Origin: Patescibacteria group bacterium
GTDB taxonomy: Bacteria > Patescibacteriota > Patescibacteriia > UBA10025 > JAHIVO01
Length of the DNA: 64,000 nucleotides
Assembly: GCA_028718605.1 (NCBI GenBank)
Contig: JAQULM010000002.1
Coordinates: 129,776 to 193,775 of the forward strand
Reading direction: 5' to 3'
Below are positions 40,697-48,865 of this stretch, in pieces (the first letter of the stretch is position 1; each line of letters starts with the position of its first letter). The position numbers were made by a program, and so were the translations under genes. The notes under the pieces were generated by a model that saw nothing but the letters and a program-made list of their open reading frames with translations, did not search any database and had not been told where the DNA came from.

Positions 40697-41977
40697 TTAT
40701 GAGAGGCCGGCGTATAACGGATGCCGCTGCGTTAATTCTGAAATTTTCTTCCGTACGCTTTCTTTCACGAGCTCTTTCTTCGGATTGTGAATCACGTCGG
40801 CGATAACGTCAGCGACAAGTTTCATGTCAACCTCGGTGAATCCGCGTGTCGTCAATGCTGGCGTCCCGAGCCTGACGCCGGACGGATCCATTGGCTTGCG
40901 GGTGTCGTAGGGTACCGTATTTTTGTTCACGGTAATGCCAACCTCATCGAGGAGCGTTTCTGCTTCGCCGCCAGACAGATTTTTATTGGACAAATCAATA
41001 AGAATCAAATGATTGTCGGTGCCGCCGGTAATCAGCCGGAAGTCGTGGGCGAGGAGCTGGTCAGCAAGCGCACGTGCGTTTTTCACGATCTGCTCTCCGT
41101 ACCGCTTGAATGCGGGGGTCGACGCTTCGTCCAAAGCTGTTGCGATTGCGGCGGTTTGATGGTTATGCGGGCCGCCCTGCAATCCGGGAAATACCGCCCG
41201 GTCTATCAATTCGGCAAGGTTCCATTTTGAATCCTCATGGTATTTTTCTTTGAGGCGGTCCTCAATGCGCGGGCACATGATGATAGCGCCGCGCGGGCCA
41301 CGCAAAGTCTTATGCGTTGTGGTAGTAACAACGTCGGCATATGGCACGGGCGACTGATGCACTTCGGCAATGATCAAGCCTGCGATGTGAGCGATATCAG
41401 TCAATAGATACGCGCCAACCTCCGCAGCAATCTGGCCAAACGCCTTAAAATCAATCGCACGCGGGTATGCGGTAGCGCCGGCGATAATAAGCTGCGGCCG
41501 CTCTTTTCGTGCGAGCTCGAGTACGACGTCATAATCGATGAGGTGCGTCTCTTTATCCACACCGTATGGCACGGAATGGTAGTACCGGCCGGAAAAACTT
41601 ACCTTCCACCCGTGCGTCAAGTGCCCGCCGTGCGTCAGGCTCATACCCATCACCTTTTCGCCCGGCTTCAATAATGCGTAGTATACTGCCTGGTTTGCCG
41701 GCGACCCGGAATACGGCTGTACATTGGCGTGCTGTACGCCAAAAAGCTTTTTCGCGCGGCTAATGGCGAGATTCTCGATAACGTCAATGAACTCATTGCC
41801 GCCGTAGTACCGCTTGCCCGGGTACCCTTCGGAATACTTATTCGTTAATACGGAACCGAGCGCGCGCAAAACCGCCGGGGACACGAAATTTTCCGACGGG
41901 ATCATTTCCAGGCCGTTCTGCTGCCGTGCGAGCTCAGCGGCAAGAGCCTCATCCAGTTTTGCATCATGGTGTTCCAT
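40697..41977 (-). CDS. glyA: Serine hydroxymethyltransferase
   Basis: SENF, NKYSEGYPGKRYYGG, TTTTHKTLRGPRG. Confidence 0.97.
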   Translation of the reverse strand: MEHHDAKLDEALAAELARQQNGLEMIPSENFVSPAVLRALGSVLTNKYSEGYPGKRYYGGNEFIDVIENLAISRAKKLFGVQHANVQPYSGSPANQAVYYALLKPGEKVMGMSLTHGGHLTHGWKVSFSGRYYHSVPYGVDKETHLIDYDVVLELARKERPQLIIAGATAYPRAIDFKAFGQIAAEVGAYLLTDIAHIAGLIIAEVHQSPVPYADVVTTTTHKTLRGPRGAIIMCPRIEDRLKEKYHEDSKWNLAELIDRAVFPGLQGGPHNHQTAAIATALDEASTPAFKRYGEQIVKNARALADQLLAHDFRLITGGTDNHLILIDLSNKNLSGGEAETLLDEVGITVNKNTVPYDTRKPMDPSGVRLGTPALTTRGFTEVDMKLVADVIADVIHNPKKELVKESVRKKISELTQRHPLYAGLS

Positions 41978-42094
41978 ACGCCTATTGTACCAGAGGTGTG
42001 CCTGGGAAATCAAAAAGGGTTAACCCCATCTTTACACTAACCAATGATTGTGCGATGATTACGCATACACAATACCAACGTCTACAATAATCAC

Positions 42095-42571
42095 ATGGAG
42101 CACTCATTCAAAGTCGGCATCAGTTTTGGCCTGACATCTGCTACCATCACGACACTTGGGCTTATGGTCGGCCTTGAAGCTGGCACGAGCTCCCGCTTAG
42201 CCGTTATTGGCGGTGTTTTAACGATCGCCATTGCCGATGCCTTCTCCGATGCCTTAGGCATCCACGTTTCCGAAGAATCAGAAAACGTCCACACGCGCAA
42301 AGAAATTTGGACTGCAACACTCTCGACATTCTTCGCAAAAGCGATATTCGCCTCGATCTTCATCATCCCGATCCTTCTCCTCCCCCTGACCACTGCGGTA
42401 TGGATCAACGTGGCGATCGGCATGGTCGTGCTCGGCATCTTCAGCTACATGATTGCGAAAGACGAGGGCGGCAAACCGCGAAACGTGATTGGTGAACACC
42501 TCTTGATCGCGGTTGTTGTGATTACGATCACCCACTTCCTCGGCGTTTGGATATCGAACGTGTTCCGATAA
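42095..42571 (+). CDS. VIT1/CCC1-like membrane protein
   Basis: FGLTSATITTLG, IAIADAFSDALGIHVSEESE. Confidence 0.75.
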   Translation: MEHSFKVGISFGLTSATITTLGLMVGLEAGTSSRLAVIGGVLTIAIADAFSDALGIHVSEESENVHTRKEIWTATLSTFFAKAIFASIFIIPILLLPLTTAVWINVAIGMVVLGIFSYMIAKDEGGKPRNVIGEHLLIAVVVITITHFLGVWISNVFR

Positions 42572-42604
42572 ACCGCTCCCTGCGCGGCAGCGCAGGAGCG
42601 TCAT

Positions 42605-42633
42605 TTGACATTGGAAAAAATTTCGTGTAAACT
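42605..42633 (+). promoter_or_regulatory. Sigma70 promoter of the radical SAM operon
   Basis: TTGACA-17 nt-TAAACT. Confidence 0.7.
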
Positions 42634-42642
42634 GCCATGCAT

Positions 42643-42807
42643 ATGGAAACTATTTTTCCACAAGTGAAGAACTCTTACTGGCATCGCACCTGCGATTTTA
42701 TTACTCTTGCCGAAGAGGACTCTTTACGTACGGACCAATAGTGCCATAATCAACAGCCAATAGCCAGAAAAAACCTCTTCGTACAAAACAGCAAGAGGTG
42801 TTTTTTT
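42643..42807 (+). promoter_or_regulatory. Leader peptide (42643-42741) and attenuator
   Basis: METIFPQVKNSYWHRTCDFITLAEEDSLRTDQ*; alternative pairings and terminator ACCTCTT/AAGAGGT with a T7 run. Confidence 0.6.
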
Positions 42808-42906
42808 GCGTTGGGAAAAACAAAATCCAGAAAAACGTTTTTGAACGTCCGTTCAGCGGACGCAAGAGCGTACTATGGGAAAAACGTACTTTACCAAGGA
42901 GCAATG

Positions 42907-43065
42907 ATGGAAACCAAAAAAATCCTGTGCACAGCCGACCAACTCAGGGAGATCGCGACCGGCCTCGGCATCGCGCCGGCCGTGGCCGAGGACCTCATCC
43001 AACAGCTGCCCAAACAGGAACCGCCGAACCCATACCCGTTCGCGGGATGCGGCGCATGGTGCTAA
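42907..43065 (+). CDS. Candidate RiPP precursor peptide (52 aa)
   Basis: SD AAGGAG; helical leader followed by PPNPYPFAGCGAWC. Confidence 0.6.
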   Translation: METKKILCTADQLREIATGLGIAPAVAEDLIQQLPKQEPPNPYPFAGCGAWC

Positions 43066-43102
43066 CGCATCCAAGAATTGAAATCGTAATAAAGGAGGTA
43101 AC

Positions 43103-43351
43103 ATGAACACACCTAAAGATGAATGGTCGTGTTTACCAGACCACTCACACCTGCATCTCAGCGGTACCCGCACGGCAATGCCCCAAATCGTAAGCCGGGA
43201 CGGCAGGAAACGAGTTTCCCGGTGCCCTGACTCGCCGACAGGAAAACATAAATGGCACACCCCGATGCGGCCGCCGTATGCTATCGACGATCCACCCGAT
43301 TGTTGCGAGTACTGCGGCCTGCCGCGCAATGAACAACTGAAACTGAAGTAA
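43103..43351 (+). CDS. Small Cys/His-rich putative metal-binding protein
   Basis: SD AAGGAGGT; CPDSPTGKHKW..CCEYCG. Confidence 0.65.
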   Translation: MNTPKDEWSCLPDHSHLHLSGTRTAMPQIVSRDGRKRVSRCPDSPTGKHKWHTPMRPPYAIDDPPDCCEYCGLPRNEQLKLK

Positions 43352-43362
43352 AGGAGTATAAT

Positions 43363-44421
43363 ATGAACGAACTGAACAAACTCAGCCGACGCTACGACGA
43401 ACAAGCGCCGCGCGCAGGGCTGAAGTACGGCATTATCGAAGTGACGACGCGGTGCCAGTGCGCATGCCCGGGGTGCTATATGGTCCGGCGGGACAGCCTG
43501 AATAAAGGCGCCGTACCGCTCGCCCGCGCTGTCCGCGTGCTCGACATGTGCCGCGACTATACCGGCTGCGAACTCGAAACGATGGACCTCTTGGGCGGCG
43601 ATCCGCTGCTGTGGCCGCACTTGAAGGCGTACTGTACCATCCTGCTCAAACGCGGGATCCTTCCGTGGGTGTTCACCAACATGATCGCCATCACCCCTGA
43701 AATGGCACGGTGGCTGTTCGAACGGCAGGTCCATATTACCGGCAAACTGAACATCAATCCTGACAACGCGGAGGCGATGCCGCTGCAAGCCGAGATGATC
43801 GGGCAGCGTCTCGGCATCGCAAAAAAAATGCTGGCGGCGATCAGCATTTTCACTGATGCAGGCTACCGCCAACCGCTCTTCCGGCTGCAGAACCTGATCC
43901 GGCGGAGCAACATCAGCCTGGTTCCTGACTACTACCGCTGGTGCCTGCAACACGGCGTTGGTACCGATCTGGAGCTTATGGCGTCAGGCGAGCCGATCGA
44001 CCAGGAATATTTCCGCATCGCGCCAAACCCGGAAGAGCTGGCCGCAATGATACAGAACGTCCAGGCGGTGCGCGCGGAATGTGGCTTGCCGGAAGCCGAC
44101 GTACTCATGCCGCACGTGTTCGGCGCCTGCCCGTTCTTCGACAAAGGATTGTACTTCGCCGTCGACGGGTCGATCCGCGCGTGTTCAAATTCCAGCGTTA
44201 CACTGGCAAACCTGGACGATCCTGACCCGATCCGCAAGGCGTATGAATCGCCGCTTATCTGCAACAGGCTCAAACTGTCGCAAGCGGTTGTCGGCGAACC
44301 GTGCCGCTCCTGCGACCGCTGGGAACGCTGCCGAGGCGGCTGCCGGGCGACCGCAGAAGGCACCGGAGACCCTTTCGGCGGGTACATGCTGTGCCCCGTC
44401 CCGCACCTTCTGGCCGGATAG
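43363..44421 (+). CDS. Radical SAM/SPASM domain protein
   Basis: CQCACPGC (CxxxCxxC), GGDPLL; SPASM CPFF..DGSIRAC..CRSCDRWERCRGGCR..C. Confidence 0.92.
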   Translation: MNELNKLSRRYDEQAPRAGLKYGIIEVTTRCQCACPGCYMVRRDSLNKGAVPLARAVRVLDMCRDYTGCELETMDLLGGDPLLWPHLKAYCTILLKRGILPWVFTNMIAITPEMARWLFERQVHITGKLNINPDNAEAMPLQAEMIGQRLGIAKKMLAAISIFTDAGYRQPLFRLQNLIRRSNISLVPDYYRWCLQHGVGTDLELMASGEPIDQEYFRIAPNPEELAAMIQNVQAVRAECGLPEADVLMPHVFGACPFFDKGLYFAVDGSIRACSNSSVTLANLDDPDPIRKAYESPLICNRLKLSQAVVGEPCRSCDRWERCRGGCRATAEGTGDPFGGYMLCPVPHLLAG

Positions 44422-44427
44422 CAAAAC

Positions 44428-44467
44428 GGGGGCTGAAGCAAATCTAATTTGTTTCAGCCCTCCCTTT
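44428..44467 (+). terminator. Hairpin/terminator after the radical SAM gene
   Basis: GGGCTGAAGCAAAT/ATTTGTTTCAGCCC. Confidence 0.6.
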
Positions 44468-44512
44468 AAAACACTACCGCATTTAAAAATATTTACCGTA
44501 TCTAACAACACT

Positions 44513-44981
44513 ATGCAGAAAAAAATAATTGAAATCGCCCGGGCAACCATTCGACGATTGCAGCTCACGTACCCGCGGTTCATTAATGTCATCCTCGATG
44601 ACTGGCGCGGGTACCGGCTTCATTTACGATACCGATGACGTACGGAATTGTCGGAATCGCTGCGAACAGTGCCAGCTGTACCAATTACTAAATAACGAGC
44701 AAGGCGGTACATTCACCGCCCGGTTGAAAAAAGCTTCCGAAGCTGATAAACGCCTCTTCGGGCCCCAGAACTTCCTCAACTGCAAGACGATCGCACAGTA
44801 CCAGCGCTGCTACAGCAGCTTCATCTGCACGCAAATCAAAACGAAAAAGGAGCTCCAGCGCGAACTCACACTGCTCCGGGGCATGAAAATAGTTTTTACT
44901 CGCGGTAACAATAACCGCGCCCTCGAACGCCAATTTAAACGCGCAGTACTCGCCTCGTTCTCGGGCGGGTTTAAAAATTAA
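44513..44981 (+). pseudogene. Frameshifted Cys-rich hypothetical gene (+1 shift near 44615)
   Basis: MQKKIIEI..DDWRGYR in frame 0 continues as FIYDTDDVRNCRNRCEQC.. in frame +1. Confidence 0.55.
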
Positions 44982-45044
44982 AGTCCGACGCATATAGAAA
45001 ATGTATCCTTCTCGTAACCACCCATTACAAAGAAATGTTACAAA

Positions 45045-45272
45045 AACAGAGCGAGGAAGAACGGTCCCGCCTAGAGCGGGGCCGCGCCGTATTGTTTGAG
45101 CGTACGAGCGGGAGCGAGAAGCGAGTTACGGACGCGGAGTGATGACGAGCCTGTTGGCGCCTGCCCCGTAAATGCGAAGTGGCAACGGTGCATTGTACGG
45201 GGTTAATTTCTTTGTACGGGCGGAATCTCTTTTCTGCTGCTTTTCTGGATTCGCAGAAAAGCAGCGAAAAAA
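45045..45272. repeat. Cluster of palindromic REP-like elements and a bidirectional terminator
   Basis: CCCCGTAAATGC..GCATTGTACGGGG; GCTGCTTTTCTG/CAGAAAAGCAGC. Confidence 0.5.
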
Positions 45273-46820
45273 TCATAACTCCTTTTCCATATACGTCCTT
45301 TTCAGCCGGTACCCGAGCTTCCGGTAGTACTCACGCACACCAATGCCGGCGATAACGGCAATTTTTTGATATCCTGCATTCCGCCCGATGCGTTCTGCTT
45401 CTGCCATCAAACGCTTCCCCAAACCGACGTGCTGCACCGCTTTTTTCTTTGAGCCGACTGAAACCAGCTCGCCATACGTGTGCAGCTCGCGAACAAGCGC
45501 TGTTCCTGCATCGAACGGGCCTTCTCCGAAACCGCGTATCGCAGGAAGTCGCAGCCGGACAAATGCATAGAGCCTTTTTCTGTCAGGGCTCTCAAAACTG
45601 ATTAAGTGCTCAGTCCCTGCGGCTGCTGAATATTTACGGTGTACCAATCGAATGTCTTTGAGCTGGAATTTGGCTCCCCGCACTTCACGGCAACGAATGC
45701 ACATGCACGTGACTCCCTGCTCGCGGAGAAGCTGGCGTAAGTTCGTGACCCGATTGCCGGCAACAATATCATGGCCCGGAATATCGCGGATCAGGCGGTT
45801 GATGCGGACGTACGGAGGCACCAGTGCCTTGATTCGAATGAGCAGCTTTTCTAACACCGCATTCGAGTATGGTTTGTACTTCCCCTGTTGATACCAACGG
45901 TACAGAAGAGAATTTTTTATTACTACGCATGGGTAGATTTTCAGCATGTCCGGCTGGAAGCGCGGATCGGAAAAAAGTTTTTTAAAAACAGCCAGGTCTT
46001 TCGCCGGCGTCGAGCCAGGAAGCCCCGGCATGATATGGTAGGTAATTTTAAATCCGAACTCCCGCAACAGCGCGGTTGCACGTGCTATGTTCTCGAGCGT
46101 GTCATCCCGATGAATATAATCGAGAATATCCTGGTGCAGCGTCTGCACACCGATCTGGACATGGGTACACCCCAATAATCGCATGTGCCGCAATTCATCA
46201 GGCGTAACATGGTCAGGCCGCGTTTCCAGTGACAATCCAATAATGCGATGGGGAGCGCGTTCGTTTTTTTTCTGCGCCAATGCCAACGTTGCCGAGGTTG
46301 AACCATTGGCGCCGTCAAAACAACGCTTCACAAACCACTCGCGGTACCGTTTCGGGTAATGCGACCACGTGCCCCCGAGGACGATGAGCTCAATTTTTCC
46401 GGCACTATGGCCATTCCCCTCGAGGACGCGGATGCGCGTGCTAACCTGCCGGTACGGGTCGAATTTGAGGAGGTGCGCCCGCTGGGCAGCTGGCTCGGAC
46501 TTCAGGTAACTCTTTGGCATGCCGGCAGGCGCTGGGCAGTATACACACCTCCCGGGACACGGATATGGCTTGGTGAGCACCGTTACCGGCGCAACCCCGG
46601 ACTGCGTCCGAATGCTTCGCTTGCGCAGGAGCTCGACGAACCGTTGGTCCTCCTTTCCTTTGTAAACCTGCCGATAGTTCTGCAACAGCTCTGAATTGGG
46701 TATAATGGTAGTATGGTACCGATCAGCGAGCGCACCCTTGGCGCGGCGTAGCGCAGGCCGATTCTGCACCCGCAAACGGACGAGGTCGGTGATATAGTCT
46801 TTTTGAATGGATTTCTTCAT
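45273..46820 (-). CDS. elp3: tRNA uridine(34) carboxymethyltransferase Elp3 (radical SAM + KAT)
   Basis: RTQSGVAPVTV, CPGRCVYCP, ETRPD, LKIYP, RELHTYG, QHVGLG, GVREYYRKLGY. Confidence 0.93.
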   Translation of the reverse strand: MKKSIQKDYITDLVRLRVQNRPALRRAKGALADRYHTTIIPNSELLQNYRQVYKGKEDQRFVELLRKRSIRTQSGVAPVTVLTKPYPCPGRCVYCPAPAGMPKSYLKSEPAAQRAHLLKFDPYRQVSTRIRVLEGNGHSAGKIELIVLGGTWSHYPKRYREWFVKRCFDGANGSTSATLALAQKKNERAPHRIIGLSLETRPDHVTPDELRHMRLLGCTHVQIGVQTLHQDILDYIHRDDTLENIARATALLREFGFKITYHIMPGLPGSTPAKDLAVFKKLFSDPRFQPDMLKIYPCVVIKNSLLYRWYQQGKYKPYSNAVLEKLLIRIKALVPPYVRINRLIRDIPGHDIVAGNRVTNLRQLLREQGVTCMCIRCREVRGAKFQLKDIRLVHRKYSAAAGTEHLISFESPDRKRLYAFVRLRLPAIRGFGEGPFDAGTALVRELHTYGELVSVGSKKKAVQHVGLGKRLMAEAERIGRNAGYQKIAVIAGIGVREYYRKLGYRLKRTYMEKEL

Positions 46821-46822
46821 AT

Positions 46823-47542
46823 ATGAAAAACGAGGTTGCACAGCACATTGTAGAGGAAAATCGCAGAATCTACAATGTGATCGCGGAACAATTTTCGTCG
46901 ACACGGTCGTCCCCGTGGCCGGAGTTCTCGTTGTTTGAAGCCTATGTACGCAGTACTGATGCGCTGCTCGACATTGGCTGCGGCAACGGCCGTATTGCGC
47001 AGTATTTCAAACCAAAAGGCGTACGGTACACTGGTTTGGACAATAGCAGTGCGCTCGTTGAACGCGCGCGGACAGCGAACCTGCACGGTACGTTTGTTGT
47101 TGGCGAAGCAACGCGGCTGCCGTTCAAGTCAGAATCATTTGACGTCATCCTGTGCGTTGCGACGCTCCACCACATCCCCTCAAACGAATTACGGCAACAG
47201 GCTGTGAACGAAGCATTCCGCACGGCAAAGCACGGCGCGTACTTCCTCCTGACCGAATGGAACCTCTGGAGCATGCGGTGGTGGCAAACCCTGCTGGCGT
47301 TCTCATGGAAAAAGGCTTGCCGCAGAAGCTCCCTCGATTGGGGTGATGTCCGGAAACCCTGGAAAAATTCGCACGGCATTGTCATGGGCGAACGGTATCT
47401 CCATTTGTTCACGCTCCGAGGGCTCACCTGCCTGCTCCGGAATGCAGGCTTTCAAGTAATCGAGCACCGTTTTACAAGCCGCACAGGCACGGCAACCCGC
47501 CTCACTGCACGAAATATCTTCACGGTTGCCCAAAAGCCTTGA
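46823..47542 (+). CDS. Trm9/ALKBH8-like class I SAM methyltransferase
   Basis: IYNVIAEQFSSTRSSPWP, DIGCGNGR, VATLHHI..RQQAVNE, RYLHLF. Confidence 0.75.
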   Translation: MKNEVAQHIVEENRRIYNVIAEQFSSTRSSPWPEFSLFEAYVRSTDALLDIGCGNGRIAQYFKPKGVRYTGLDNSSALVERARTANLHGTFVVGEATRLPFKSESFDVILCVATLHHIPSNELRQQAVNEAFRTAKHGAYFLLTEWNLWSMRWWQTLLAFSWKKACRRSSLDWGDVRKPWKNSHGIVMGERYLHLFTLRGLTCLLRNAGFQVIEHRFTSRTGTATRLTARNIFTVAQKP

Positions 47543-47600
47543 TTTTCCGGCAAAAAAATGGTACGGTAATAGCACGATAAAACGTATTGCACGCTCTCCT

Positions 47601-48839
47601 ATGAAAAAACGTTCGATTGTTCTGGCTGTATTTTTTTTGCTCGCTCTGTGCATTCCGACGGTCATCAGCGCGCAGAGTGCTCTCAATACACACTATAAGA
47701 ACTTCCTCGAGCCGATTCTCGACAGCATACGGGCTAATCTGCCGCAACCGGATATTACCGTACCCGAAGGCGACACTGTGAAAGATAACTATGTGCGCGC
47801 CGCCGATTCTATTACGATCGATGGCGCGGTTGACGGCGACGTAATCGTCGCAGCGTACGAAGTGACAGTAAATGGAAACGTGACGGGCGACGTGATTGCT
47901 GCCGGCGAAAAAGTCAGAATCAATGGCACCATCGGCGGTAACGTGCGGGTTGCCGGCGAAGAGGTCTTGGTAAATGGTTCAGTCGGAAAAAACTGCACGC
48001 TGCTCGCTGCAACCGCAATGATCACCGAACGCGCACATATCGGATGGTCGCTTGCATTTGCAGGATCAAACGTCACTGTGCAGGGGCCTGTCGGCGGCAG
48101 CCTCTATGGCTATGGCGGCACGATACAACTCAAAAGCACGGTCGGAACCAATGCAACATTGATTCTCGATGAAAAAGGCTCCGCTGCACTCGAAGACGGC
48201 GCGCTCATCAGCGGCGACCTGAACTACCGGAGCGACGGCAATGTTACCGTTGCACAGGGCGCGACGGTCAAGGGTGAAACAATCCATCGCTTTACGCCCC
48301 CACGGGTACTGGAAGCGCGGAAATTCCTGTCGGGTTCGTGGATATTCTTCAAAGCAATCGAACTGCTCGGCCTGCTCGTGGTCGGAACGATTATCATCAG
48401 CATATTTGAGAAGCAAGCACGTGCTGTCAGCGGAGCTCTCTGGACACGTGCCGGAATAAAAATTCTCAAGGGTCTCCTGGTACTGCTCGGAATACCATTG
48501 GCAATCATTGTCTGCGCGATAACGATCGTCGGCATGCCTGTTGCAGCCATCGCCGGCGGCATCTATTGCCTCCTCATATACATCGCCCCGGTTTGTATTG
48601 GTTTTTCAATTGGGGAGTATATACTCCGCGTCCGCGTGAAAGCGGAAAAGCCGATCGCCCCGATCTGGACGATGATGCTCGGCACGGCGATTGTTTTTAT
48701 TCTTACGTCGATCCCGCGCGTCGGATGGATTTTCTCGCTCGGGAGCGCGCTGCTCTTCCTCGGAACGCTCTGGACATTTATCCCCTGGCGTAGTAAAAAG
48801 CAGGACGTCTCAAACGCAACCCTGAAAAAAAGCCAATAA
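47601..48839 (+). CDS. Bactofilin-like beta-helix repeat membrane protein
   Basis: Signal peptide; repeated (V/I)xGxVxGDV; C-terminal multi-TM domain. Confidence 0.78.
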   Translation: MKKRSIVLAVFFLLALCIPTVISAQSALNTHYKNFLEPILDSIRANLPQPDITVPEGDTVKDNYVRAADSITIDGAVDGDVIVAAYEVTVNGNVTGDVIAAGEKVRINGTIGGNVRVAGEEVLVNGSVGKNCTLLAATAMITERAHIGWSLAFAGSNVTVQGPVGGSLYGYGGTIQLKSTVGTNATLILDEKGSAALEDGALISGDLNYRSDGNVTVAQGATVKGETIHRFTPPRVLEARKFLSGSWIFFKAIELLGLLVVGTIIISIFEKQARAVSGALWTRAGIKILKGLLVLLGIPLAIIVCAITIVGMPVAAIAGGIYCLLIYIAPVCIGFSIGEYILRVRVKAEKPIAPIWTMMLGTAIVFILTSIPRVGWIFSLGSALLFLGTLWTFIPWRSKKQDVSNATLKKSQ

Positions 48840-48865
48840 AAACCGATAATAGATTACGACTCCCT

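Noticed and set aside
41980-42090. ZTP or THF riboswitch upstream of glyA-folD
   Set aside because: The region is short and AT-rich, holds divergent promoters, and shows no aptamer motifs
42853-43953. 366-aa minus-strand ORF
   Set aside because: Antisense shadow of the radical SAM operon, with no motifs
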